Source of the DNA: Felis catus
Lineage: Eukaryota
DNA: 64,000 nucleotides
Direction: 5' to 3'
Assembly (NCBI RefSeq): GCF_018350175.1
Contig: NC_058368.1
Coordinates: 26,538,001 to 26,602,000, forward strand
A program made the translations under genes and the position numbers. The stretch's first letter is position 1; every line of letters starts with the position of its first letter. Positions 40,066-52,493 of this stretch are shown here, piece by piece. The notes under the pieces are model-generated. The model was not told the DNA's origin, made no database searches, and was given only the letters and a program-made list of their open reading frames with translations.

Positions 40066-40387
40066 AAAAGATGTTCACCATTATAAGTAGTGAGAAAAAT
40101 GTGAAAAAACAAGTCATTGCTTTCTCCTATTAGCTTGTTAAAGAATAAAAGTTTGTTAATTCTCACTGTTGGCAAAGGTGTAGAAAAGGTATGTCTTGTG
40201 TTTTGTTGGTGAGAGTACAAATATTCAAGTTTTCTGGAGAGTAATTTATCAATACATGTTAAAATCTTTTAAAAAGTATATTCTCATGAACAGCAATTCC
40301 ACTTCTAGAAAATTAGACAAGGATATAGACATATGTGTTCAAGGATTTTCACTGAAATGCTGTATATATATTAAAAACAATCCAAGT

Positions 40388-40596
40388 GGGGCGCCTGGGT
40401 TGCTCAGTGGGTTAAGTGCATTCGGCTCAGGTCATGATCTCCCAGTTTGTGAGTTAGAGCCCCGTGTCGGGCTCTATGCTGACAGCTCAGAGCCTGGAGT
40501 CTGTTCGGATTCTGTGTTTCCATCTCTCTCTGTCCCTCCCCTGCTCACTCGTGTGCTCTCTCTCTTTCTCTCTCAAAAATAAATAAACATTAAAAA
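40388..40596 (+). mobile_element. Carnivore SINE (SINEC_Fc-like)
   Basis: ggggcgcctgggttgctcagt head, 'gacagctcagagcctggag'; flanks caatccaagt / caatccaaat; lies in L1 remnants. Confidence 0.95.
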
Positions 40597-40668
40597 AACC
40601 AATCCAAATAGTAAATCTTCATTAATACACAAATAATGGTACCTACATACATGTACATGTAATGAAAT

Positions 40669-40670
<2 letters not shown>

Positions 40671-40702
<32 letters not shown>
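40671..40702. repeat. (TG)16 microsatellite
   Basis: Seen directly. Confidence 0.98.
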
Positions 40703-40706
<4 letters not shown>

Positions 40707-42739
40707 CAAGATATTAGCTTCTCTTGGTAAATGAGTAATTTGTTAATGCTAATTTTTTATGTATACCATTTATGTTTTCTAAATTATTTTCAAAGCCATA
40801 TACTATTGTTATAATCTACAGCAAATATATTTTAAAGGGGTCCTGAGAAAATTATACCTAGAAGATCAAGGTAGTCTCAAGGAGATTAAGCGATGCAAGA
40901 AAAATGCAGAGTGTCATTTAGGAAAGTGGCCTCCACAGGACGTGGGAATTGATTCCTGCACCTAAGAACACAGTCAAGGCTAGACGTAGTCAGCCTGAAA
41001 AATATAGCTACCTCACTGTTCTGTTTTTTAATGTAGTGTTGAATGCAGTGGCTGCATTGAAAATTAGAACACATGAGATAGGTACTTTAGAAACTATGAA
41101 AATCTATGAAAATATTGGTTATCACTCTCATTACAAGTGGCCTCTCCATGCTGCTGAGCTGGGATTTAAGGGCAGCTCTGGAATACCAAAGAGCCAATTG
41201 GATCCTCCTTGCTCATGAATGGGTGCTCTGGCATGCAGTTCACATCCAGCCCTTTGGCCATCTCGGCTTCTGTGCTGAGATGTCACATGGTGCGGTGCCC
41301 ATTGCAAAGGTATGGACATCATAAAGCATGGGATTAAATTCTGACGGACCCACTCATCATTTCAGAAAACCTGGGCAAATTGCTTTAACTCCTCTAGCTG
41401 TTTCCTCTACTTGGAAATGAAGGAAATAATAATCCTCATGTTACAGGAGTTTTCTGAGGATCTGATGTAATGGGGTATGTGAAAGTGCTTTGTAAATGCA
41501 ATTTCTGCAAAGCCCAGTTATGTGTGTTAGAGAAGCAGTGTTGATACTAGAAAGGCATGGAATTCTAGCATAAACCCAGAATGGCCACCTGCTGTCATGT
41601 GAAATAGACAAGTTACTTTAAACTTTTATTTCCTCATCTATAAAATAAAAACTATAATAACTTTCTCATTGTGTGTGTGTGGTTTTTTTTTTTTTTTTCT
41701 GAAAACTAAATGAGATAGTGATGTAGGAAGGAAACTCAAATGTATTGTGCTTATCTGCTATGTGCCATACACAAACTAGGTGCTTTTATGTGATAGTAAA
41801 TACACAAAGACAGGACATATTTCCCTCCAAATTACCCTTTGATGTAGAGAATTTTGCCTTACGTTCAGGTTCTTACAAAGATTCTTGTATTATGGGATGT
41901 TCTCTCCGTTATTTGATTTGTGAAAGACAACATACCATCTGGAAAGACACACTAGACCAAAATGACATAATGGATGATGGTTTTGGACACATAAAGGTCA
42001 TTTGATGGAACTCGGGAAGCAGGAGGCATGAGCACTGGGTCAGGAAGCAACATTCCAGATGGCTCACCAGCACATGAGGTACCCGACTGTAAATCAACAT
42101 CTTCAGAGGGGGCTATCTAGCACTCCCTATATCTTCTGTGAAATCAAGTTTTTGGTGCAATGAATAGGGTCAAGACTGGTGATTGGTTAGGTATACTATA
42201 GAGGCTCTACTCCCTTTCATGAATAAGACATAGGAAGGTGGCAGACCTATGCCTGCCACCAGCCCCTTGGTCTTTTGTCCTTCCCTTCACAGAGGACCCT
42301 GTTGCCTAATCTAACCCAGAATGGCCCACTGTCTGTCCCCATGCCAGCCTTTCATGCACCATGCTCACTGGACTGCTGGGGCCTTCCCCAAACTACTGAA
42401 TGGATTGAATGACTATCTCTGTGCTTCCTTGCCAATATGTGTCTGTGTCTGGTGGGGTTCAGTTCAACACTTTTGAGGTTGTAGGAGAGGGGATTTATAG
42501 TTCCCCATCAACCTCTGACCTCAAGAGCCTACCAATAGTTACCAGAAAACCCTTATATTTGCAGAATGGCCAAATTTGCTTAATTCAGTCTTCCACAAAT
42601 CTTTCACAATGCTGTCTGTCTCTCCACAAGACCATAAACACTTTTAAAGTAGAGACCATGCCCTTTCCGTTAGCCTCTTTCAAACCCCTATAGTGCTTCA
42701 CACAAAAGTAAACATAGGCAGTGGATACTTTTGGTGACT

Positions 42740-42962
42740 ACAAGGGTTGAATTTGGAATAAAGCTTCCTGTGTTCAAACCCTGGCTCTTGCACACAGTGA
42801 AAGACTTTAGGGAAGTTGCTTAAACTCACTTGCCTCAGTTTCCTCTTCGATAAAATGGAAATGGTGATAACAGTACCCATATCATAGAGCTCATGTGCAG
42901 ATTAAATTAATAGGTATAAAGAGCTCAGAACAGTACTTGACTCTCAATAAACATTAGCTACC
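42740..42962 (+). mobile_element. MIR SINE
   Basis: 'gttcaaaccctggctct...aagttgcttaaactc...gcctcagtttcctc...taaaatgg...ctcaataaacattagcta'. Further MIR pieces near 3420, 9850, 30450-30840, 33230, 41320-41730, 46760, 54400, 59340-59790, 61080 and 63230. Confidence 0.85.
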
Positions 42963-45900
42963 CTCATCAAGTAGGTGTGAAATGTTCGTTATGTAAATTA
43001 GTAGTAGTACAGGGTTCTGGTAATTGCACAAGAGCTCTGTCCAGGCCAGCTATTATCATGTAATCAGTTGCCATAAATCTACTGCTGTTCCAAATATATC
43101 CCTGTCAATGAATCCACCTGCACCTCACACTGAGCCACTCCCAGCAGGGTTGAAGGCGGTCCACACAGACAGCCCCTCCATCTCCTATTCTCACTTCTTG
43201 GCAAAAGCCAGCAGGACACATTCTGAGAAGGGAGCCTGAGCTCCAGTCCCAACTCATTCCTAATGAGTCCAATTTTTTACACTCTAAGTGACCTCCCCAT
43301 CAGGATGTCAAGTATGACAGCTGGTAGACATTCTCCTTTGTTCCATTCCATCTCATGACTTTACATGCTCTTACCTCCCCAACTATGCTAGGTGATTCCC
43401 AGAAGGGGAGCTGGCATGAGAACAGGGTACTTGTTGACTCTTGGACAATAATAGCTTTTCCCATCAGAGTTGGGTTTGGCAATTGTCTTGTGGTTAGGCT
43501 TACATGCGTGGTGCTTGTACTGTTTTGCAGCATCACATGGGTTTCCACACACATGCCCAGAGGCACCAGCATACCCATACAGATCTACATGGGGTGGTGC
43601 ACACGGGGACTAAATAGGACTACGTGTGTTTACAAGCCCCTCCTATTCTCCACACAGTCTGCAAACATCCTGAAAAGACCTGGCATGGGGAGAGAAGGGA
43701 ATAGAAGCAAGTCACTTTACTCCTGTCATCACATTTGCTTTAATAACTGTTTTTGAAAAATCAGGGCCTCTATACTCATGTTCATTCTTTCCCTCTCCCC
43801 AGTTGGCTTCCATCCTGTCCTCCTCCACCCTGTGAGTATAAGCTCAGGTGTGTGGGTGTGCACCATGCTCAACATGATGACTCACTCCAAATACAGCCTC
43901 ATAGGCCCTTTGTGTCCAGTCAGGAGGAAGTCAAGATACTGTCCTCCCATACTGACCATCCTCTCCACTGGCTTGGGGCTGTGGTGATTAGGACAGTCAC
44001 AGGGAAAGGGCATTCCAGACTTAAGGGGTAAGATTCCATCTTCCCAGGATGCCTTCTTTATTTTAGTTGCTGTTTATCTCAGGAGACAGCGTTCTTGGGA
44101 TCCCTAAGTATTCAGAGCCTGCTGCCTTCCATATCCTTGAGATGGTCCCACTTATTAGGCAAATCTCCGGGTTCAGTTCATTTCAAACACGTTGTAACTA
44201 ATGCAGTATGCCTTACATGTCAACACAGCAAACACGGGTGTGGGGTCTATCAAGAGGAGGATAGGCCTCTCCTTCTTGTTCAAGATGGTGACAACATGGC
44301 CCTATTCTTCCCACACAAAGGAGGTTCTTTATGGTTACTGTCTAGGGCCACTGAGGTGTGCCTTTATAAATAGAACTTTCCAGAAAAACCTTCCAAGCAA
44401 ATTTTCTTACCAGGCCCTTCAATAGTGTTGACTGACAGGGAGAGGCAAACCTATATTAGCTTTCCACAGGTAAGTAAAAGGCAGGACTGATTAATTTGAC
44501 AAGTGAGATGTGAATGAAGTTGAGTAGGTAACTCCTGGCCTAGAAAGGAGTGAAAGATAGACATTTAAGAGATGTGGGCTCTTTCACCTAGCTTCAGCCG
44601 GTGAAAACCCTATAGTTTTTTCTCCACTAATTATGCACTGGCTTCAGCAAAGAGGGTAGATAATATAGGTAAACATGCTTGTATTCTGGTTGTCAAGGAG
44701 ACAGGAGATCTGTTTGCTTAGCTCAACACACAGGCAGACTTAGTAAGCACAACCCAGCATGTGGATTTCTGGACCTTTACCAAATCTCTGTATCTCTGCC
44801 CCAAAGCTATAGTGAGTTTAGTGATGTGTGGCATCCTCTCTTCTTTCCACATTCCTCCTCTCACTATCACCCCCTCAACCTGTGAACTGCAGACATAAAA
44901 TGAAATCCCTCATGGCAAGGGAGTTTCAGCCAGTAGGGGACTCTGACTGATGTCGTTGAGCCTCCAGAATGATAGCGCGGAGCCAAGAGAACACCCACAT
45001 CCCAGTTCCCAGCACCCACTCCTCAGGACTGTGAGGAAAGCAGAGACTTCCTCGGCTTGCTGACTGGCTGGTTCAAGGGACAGGTGACTGTAGTGGAAAA
45101 AGGTGATCTGGGGAGGCTGAAGTGAGAGGGGCTTGGAGCCATAGAGAAACATGCTGGACCTGAGAGCAAGAAGGCTGAACCGTAGATGCCGCTGACATGT
45201 TTACATGTCAACCAAGTGCCTGGAATCCAGGTACTAGAAAGACAGGGTTCTTCTCGCAGGATGGTGGGGAAGCTTGTGGGACCAGCCAGGCCATGGTGAG
45301 TCTTGCCAGTTGTTATGTTTTTCCTGGGATCATCTCTTGTGGAACCTGCTTCCCTTTAGTTGATTAGCAAATCATTACAGAATCGCAAGCAAACTACGCG
45401 TGAATATTCCCTAAGTTTCATCAGCTTGGGACACAAATGAGACTGTCAACCCTTAGGAGAAAATTTTGTTTGCTCAACTGTATCCTCCATGGGATGTTGT
45501 CTAGTTCTGGCTCCTCTAATATCTCTTGGAGTTCTGAGGATGTGTCTTGTATGCTTCATAGTCTGTCCAGCTGCATGGAAACAGCACCCTGTCTTCTGTG
45601 ACCCACTCCTTAAGGGGACCCCTACAAAGTTTAGTGGATCAGGTTTGAGTTATATATGACCCTTTCTCTTCAGGGCACACCAAAGGGGATAGTTAGGGCC
45701 AACCATGCTTTTCACCCACATTGTTCTTCTCTGGGATGCATTTTCCCTGAGTAGGCACACGGTTCTTCCTTTGAGTTGGCCTCCTTTTGTCCTCTCCTCC
45801 CCCATTACAGTTCACCAGCTGAAGAGACCAAGTACAAAAAAATATTTTTTTGCAGATGAATGAATCAAAACGTACAGGTAAGTGTAGAACAATCTGATTG

Positions 45901-47797
45901 CATCTGTGAGGAAGAAGGCCTGAGGGAGCAAATGAGGGACAGGCCCAGAGAGCGCCCTGGGAGAGCTGAGGGATGAGATTACTGGAGATGTGGGAGGAGG
46001 CCATCCTATGTGCTTCCATAGCAACCGGGCTTTCCTGTGAATTGTCTACCACAATTACAGTGCCTTGTAATTGCTCTTGCAGCCATCTCTCCACTAATCT
46101 ATGAGCTTCAGAGACTGAAGCTTTAATCTCTGTATTCCCAGAACCCAGCTAAGTTCCTGATATACAGTAGGTGTTCAAAACACAGAAGAATGACTTCAGC
46201 AAAGATCTGGAGGCGAAACAGGCCTTTATGTTTATGTCCTTTATGTCCCAGGGGAAATAAACAAAATTGCTTGGTTCAAAATGATGGAGGCATAAGGGAG
46301 GGCGATACCTTGATGGTTAGCCTTGAGTACTTGGATTGTACTTAACCATGAGTCAGAGGCTGGAATCAACCCTTTAGTGTAGATCCAACAATAGTATTTC
46401 AGAATTAATTTTCAGAAGGTGTATTTAGAATGGCTGGGTGCAGGGAGAGGAGGAAGGAGGCTGGGGGGCTGAGGGACTCACCAAGAAGGTGTCATAGGTA
46501 GTAGGCATGAGATGAGAGAGATTGGGACTGAAGGAACATTTACGGAAATAAAAGGGAGGAACCAAGGGGGAGGCTGAATGAGCAGGAATCAGGTTGGAAT
46601 ATATGAAAGACTTATAGATGTCGATTCATTCATTTACTCCTTTGTCCTGAATTCAGGTATGCTTTATTCAGCATTGGGTTGTGCCAGGGCCCTTGGTAAG
46701 CACTCTTCTCTGCTCACTGTCAGAAAACAGTGGCAGCATACGCCCCAGCCAGAGAGTGACCATGCAGTATAGTGTGGACTCTGGCTTCAGTTTCTGCTGG
46801 TTCATGCCCCGTTTCTGCTTGGGTGCTTTTTGGCAATTTATTTAACTTCTCCAAACCTCACTCTCTTCATCTGTGACACAGGGATGATAACCTACCTCAC
46901 AAAGTTATTGTGGGAATTCTCTGAGATAATACACGGAGCAAACCAAGGATAGCTATCATATAATAATTGAAGATGCTTTAAGCACCTGCCTATGTGTTAA
47001 GCACTGGGATATTAGGATACCCAGACACAGATAGTGAAGACCCCATCTTGTCTCCTAGCATCCCAAAGACAACTTTGGGGGATAAATAAGTTTGTAAACT
47101 GTACTGTGTAATATAATGTAGTAAATAATCTAATAGAAAGATGATGTTAGTGCCATGGAACTCACACGAAGAGTTTAGTGGGGTCTGGGGAGTTAAGAGA
47201 GATGCCATAAAGGAGATGGTCATTGAATTGGGTTTTAAAAAGGAGAATAAATTTGGAAGATGAGAATACAGAGGAAGAAAAAGAATTTCAGACAAAAGGT
47301 ACACGTGTGTAAAAGGACAAAGGATAATGACACGCCTTCCTTGCAGAGTTATCGTAGGGACGGACTGAAGCACCATATATGCACAGGACAAGGACCTGCA
47401 AAGTGCGTCGTAAGCACTCAACAAATCAGTAAACGCTAGCCTTCTCCCTGTCTTTGCTGAATCCCAGCTGTGTCTTCTCTAGACGACTTACAGCTCAAAC
47501 CAAGAACGGAGGAATGCCTCAGAAAAGAGAGGGGAAAGAAGGCAGGGGTTCTGAGACCAAGGATTTTATGACCATGGTTAATGAGTGAATGAAGAGGGAG
47601 TAAAGCAAGCATGTGCAGAAGAGGCTGACAAAGGTCACTCAGGGTAAAGAGCAGAAACAAGAGGGTTCATGTCATATACGATGAGGAAGGAAAATTCTCA
47701 AGAATGAGTGTGGTCAGATATGTCAACTGTAATGAGGTGTCAAAACTGGAAGAACATTCTCAGAACTGCTTCCAGGGGCCTTCAGCATCCTCCTCAG

Positions 47798-47811
47798 GTT
47801 TCCATGGTAAC
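47798..47811. promoter_or_regulatory. RFX X-box motif
   Basis: GTTTCCATGGTAAC fits the palindromic X-box consensus GTTNCCATGGNAAC; binding not demonstrated. Confidence 0.45.
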
Positions 47812-50800
47812 CTGTGGCCACTCTAAGGGGTTGTCTCTCCAGGGCCTACTCAGCTCCAGAAATGTTTCTTCTTCCCCTCGCATCCCCACTGTCCCCTGCG
47901 CACACCCCTCTCCAGGTTCACGGTGTAGGCAGATCCCAGAGAGCTGGGAGCAACAGGGCACACCACTCTACCCATAGCCACCACACAGACCAAGCCACTC
48001 TCCCAGGACAGCCTCACCCACCTGAACTTCTCATGGTTACCACGTCCATGCAGAAGAATTTCACCCCCTCCAGGAATCTGGTAACCGAAATAAAGCAAAA
48101 CAAAGCCTTCTAGTATTATTGTTGCTGAGGTTGGTCTTCAAATTACCTATTGGTACAATTCTCCCAGGAGATGACCTTAAATGACTCAGACCTCAAATAT
48201 TGAATGACAGATAAATAGGGTTATCAAGATAAAGTCCTATGAGACTGGGTCATTTATAAAGGCACTGGTAAGCAATGAGACCATATTAAACTACTAAAAT
48301 GTCTATCTACTCCAGCACCTATAACAAAATTCAGGGAACTTACAGTTCCTAAAAACTATAGTTCAGTAGGCCTTCCTTTGCTTAAATCATATGCCAATGT
48401 GTCAGGACACAGGCTCCCTTTGCTTTATTTATAGCTGAAAAGTAAAGTAGAATAAATTGGAAGTTACTCTTGAAAGCAGAGAAATACAATGAAGGAGGCA
48501 AATAAACATGATCAGAGGAGGTTTCCTTTTTCCTTGTTTCTTCTTTGCCTCATGTTTTCTAAAACTTAGTGACTCAAATCTGAAGAACTCTCTTCAAAAA
48601 AGTAGGGTAAACTACTACCCTAATGTTTAATTCACTTTTGGTTGGTCAGTACTTTATAACTTTGAACAAAATGGACTTAAATGGCAAGAGGAGATCTTAA
48701 TATAATTTTGGTGGAGAAATAGGGGCAAACGCAAGTAATTAAGGAGGAAACAGGTTGTAAGGAAAAACAAGCCCCAGCTAAGAAATAGGCAAACAGAGCA
48801 GTGAGAACGAAACTCTGTGCTGTGTGAGAGAACCTCTTGCCTCTTCCTCAGGGGCTGGGCTGTGTTCTCACTGTGGTTCCCATGCTGCTAGATCTCCCTC
48901 ACTCTATGTCCAATAAAAACTTGCTACTTAGTCACCCAATCTATCGGTCCTAATTTAGCATCTGCTAACTGCAAATCACAATAGCGAGCATATGGGAGCA
49001 CAGAAAGAACGATACTCTATAACCTCCTTCCTCTTCACCTATCTCAGAGACCCTCCTCCGACCCCCACATGAGGTGAGGGCTGCCATCGTGTGCTTGTGA
49101 AACATTCTCATTCACAACAGCCATCACCCTTGTGTTTGATTAACTTCCGCCTGCATACAAGATGTGAGCTCCAAGAGGGCCGTGACTCTAGGTGAGCTGC
49201 TCCTACCCTGACCTGGGGCATCTCATATAGTGCCTCACCCAGACAATGAGTCTTCCATACATGATGGAGGAACGAATAAGCAAGCAATGGAAGAACAAAT
49301 ACCATTTCCAGGCTCTTGAGATTATTACCTCACCCCTCTTTGGAACAGCAATGGAAAGATGTCATTCAGATACCAGCTCATTCTCCCCTCCCTTCTCTTT
49401 CCTTTTTTCCTTTCCGCTTCTCTTCCTACTGCCACATGCTTCACTCCTCACCCCTCCCACCAGCCCCTCAAATATTAAAATAACAACCTTCTCGAAAACC
49501 ACACAATGGATTCGGAGTGTCTGCATCCTGGAGGAGGCAGTGGTGCTGGTGTGGGCTGTATGAGCACAGCCCAAGTCCTCTGCTATGCTGCATGGGGTTT
49601 TTGTGTAATAGGAACATGTCGACTAGCATGTTCTCAGTTTGGAAAGAGAAACCATGCCTTCTTGCGGCTTTGAGTTCAGACTAATTTTTCTTAATCTTTG
49701 AAGATGAAGAGCCTTAGAAGCAAAGCAAATCAAAATGAACCTAAATGCTTCAAGCTCTATGCAAGGCAGGAAGAATGCCGTGCGGTGATATTGTTTAGAA
49801 AGAGACTTTGTAATTGCTGTACTGGAGAGCCGACATTTGCAGAACTCAATTGTGTGGCGTCCGACTGAGTAAGTTAGCAAAATAAAGACAGATGGCAATG
49901 GATTAACTCCAACACGCCCACCAGACAATGGCAGCCAACATGGAGAACTGTGGAGTGCTCTAAAAATGCGCTTTCTGGGATAGTCCTCCAAATGCCTCCA
50001 TTAGATGCCACCTAGTGACTCACCAAAACATTGCATCTTGCACAACCAAGTAGATTGAGGACACAGGTTAAGGGCACCGTGCCACACATAGATTGGCTTT
50101 GTTTAATAGGAAAAGAGGGAGTGAGAAATGGCAGATCATGAGGGACTTGAAAATTTATAATTTAGTGTTCAGTTCACTGAGAAAAAATGGTTGGGTTCTG
50201 TATTATGCCTTGTATGTGTATGGGGAAAAAAGACAAAAAGGAAGGGAAGGGGGGAGGGGAGGGAAGGGAGGGGAAGGAAGAAGGAATACAAATCCTGCAA
50301 GACAGGCAACTATCTTTCATTCGGAAATACATGACCCAGAGATAGACAGAAGATTTAGGACAGCTTATGCATTTAGGTCCTGGCTTTATACAACTAAAAC
50401 CTAGGATAGTGAATCATTTCATTTCAAATGCCAGCTCTAACTGCCTAGCAGAAGCTTTTTGGATGTATGGGATTGTGAGGTAGCCTCCAGGCTCAGACCA
50501 CCCTGTGGTCACTGAGGTCCTCTGCGATGGTTACAGGTGAGGGGACTGGTTGTATTGGGGTGCATATTAGAGAATCATGCATCAGGCTATGAAATCTCCT
50601 AATTTGTTTAATAGTGGGTATTTAGCCAAAAAGCTCTTTGTATTTCTGGCTGTCTGATGGCAGAAGCTGAAAGGCGTATAGAACATATAGAAAAGGCGAT
50701 GATTTTCAATCTAGAGGAAAGATGAAGAAATAGTATGACCAGTTTTGTTAGATTCTAGCAACTAGGGCTTCATTATGTTTGTTCTTCCATTATGGAAGGC

Positions 50801-51624
50801 ATTGTTTGATTGGCAATTTGCAGCACTAGCACATATAATTTAGGTCTTATAGTCCTTGAATATGTGCTTGGTGATGAGACATTGATTACTCCTAACTGTA
50901 GGATTTATTTCACAAGTGAAGGTCTCCACAATTTCACTGACTGACCCAGTATGCAAAGTAGCTGAGGAGAGAATGAGCTTTAGTTTCTGGGCATCTCCAT
51001 CACCACTATCATACTGAACTGACACTGTATTTCTCATTTTTCCTTGGCAGTCGTCTGGCCTATGGGTCAAAAGAGAGATTCTTTTCTCTAATGGCCCTAA
51101 ACAGCTCTTGGTGACCAGCAAACAAAGCTAGCCATGTCTGCTGATTTTAGGGGGCTTCCATTCTCTAGGGTCAGGTAGTTGTGTGGCTAACTGGTTTGAC
51201 TCTACCCATCATGTCCTGGGTGAGAGCCTGGGTCCCCACCTGCCACAATTCTGCCTTCTCAAGCAACTCTCTTGGAGGTCTATGTCCTTTGATGTTCAAT
51301 TTATTTTGAGGCAGAAAGGTATACCACATAGACAACAAACTTTTTTCAGGCTTTTCCCCTTTTAATTTGACTTAACTCTCATTGACTAAATGTTCACCAC
51401 ATGTAAGGCACTGCACTAGAGTCAAAACCCAGGGGTTGGACAAGGGGTCTAGCTTCAACTCTGTGCACAACTCTCCTGAAGTCTCCACTTCAGCTGAATG
51501 GAAATACTGGGCTAAAGCAAACCTACTAAATTCCTTTCTCGCTCTCGAGTTTTACGGCTTCACAAAGACAGCACTTGAGAATGTAAGGCTAGGTTTCAGA
51601 TTTGATTTCTTAAAGTGTGATAAC

Positions 51625-52490
51625 TTTTATTATTTATTCATTCTGAGAGTTTTGAGTACCCATGAGGTTTCAGGGACTAGTCTTGTACAATGAACAAACA
51701 AAGCCCTTGGCCTCACAAAACTTATAGTCTCCTGGGAGAGATAAATAGTAAACAAACAAAAAAGAAATATAAAATATAATGTGCCAGATGGTGAATACCA
51801 TGAAGAAATAAAGCAGAGTAAGGAGAGAGAGGGGCAGAGTGACCAGGGAAAACTCCTCTTTAAGAAAGAGGTGTCTGTCCTGACTGATGAGAGGGAGAGA
51901 GCTCTGTGGGGTCTGGGAGAAGAGGTTCCAGGCAGAGGTGGGTGCGAATGTGAAGGCTCTTAGGAGAGAACAATTTTGACATGCTTAAGGAACAGCAAGG
52001 GGGCCACTTACATAAATAGTTTATCAATCACCATCTGGGGTGCCTAGAAAGCACTTCTTCCCAAAGAAGCTGGTGAATACCTCCTGCGTGCCAGGCATTA
52101 TTCGAGGGTTCTGGGGCAGAGATGAAAAAAGGAATCACTACATCACTACCTGTGCAAAGAAGTTTGCATTTTAATGAAGAGTCAGATCTGATTGAGAAAA
52201 AACTCCAATATTATGAAAGAGGTGCTATGATTGAGATCATGGCTGAGGGACATGGGAGTTCAGTGAAGAAGGTGACATTTCAGCTGGGTCTTGAAGGATG
52301 AGGAGGAGTTGGACAGGCTGAGGATGAAGGATTAGCAAGGTCACATGAAAGGCAAAGTGTGATTGGGGAATGAATTGAGGTCCAGGTTGACTGAAACACA
52401 GGCACAAGAAGTCATTACTAAAAAAGCCAGGAAGGCTTTTGTGTCCTCTCTGCTTTGACATGAGCTTCATGTTTGGACTTTATCCTGTAG
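51625..52490 (-). mobile_element. L2 LINE fragments
   Basis: 'tatttattcattc...gagtacccatg', 'gttccaggcagagg...gaacagcaagggggcca', 'gtgacatttcagctgggtcttgaaggatgag'. Similar L2 pieces at ~46970-47310, 53170-53450, 57760-58000 and 60070-60560. Confidence 0.75.
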
Positions 52491-52493
52491 TCC

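Noticed and set aside
43375..43669. Minus-strand exon-like segment (ttttcAG ... GAG|gtaaga) as a coding exon
   Set aside because: Stops occur in all three frames and the peptides are unrecognisable. A non-coding exon cannot be excluded but has no support.
42000..44400. Possible decayed endogenous retrovirus internal region or processed pseudogene
   Set aside because: Only vague peptide resemblance; no convincing RT, integrase or env motif, paired LTRs, poly(A) or TSD. A BLASTx/Dfam search would settle it.
45193..45210. Inverted repeat TGACATGT-TT-ACATGTCA as a p53 response element
   Set aside because: The CATG cores are 8 bp apart rather than the 10 bp needed for tandem RRRCWWGYYY half-sites.
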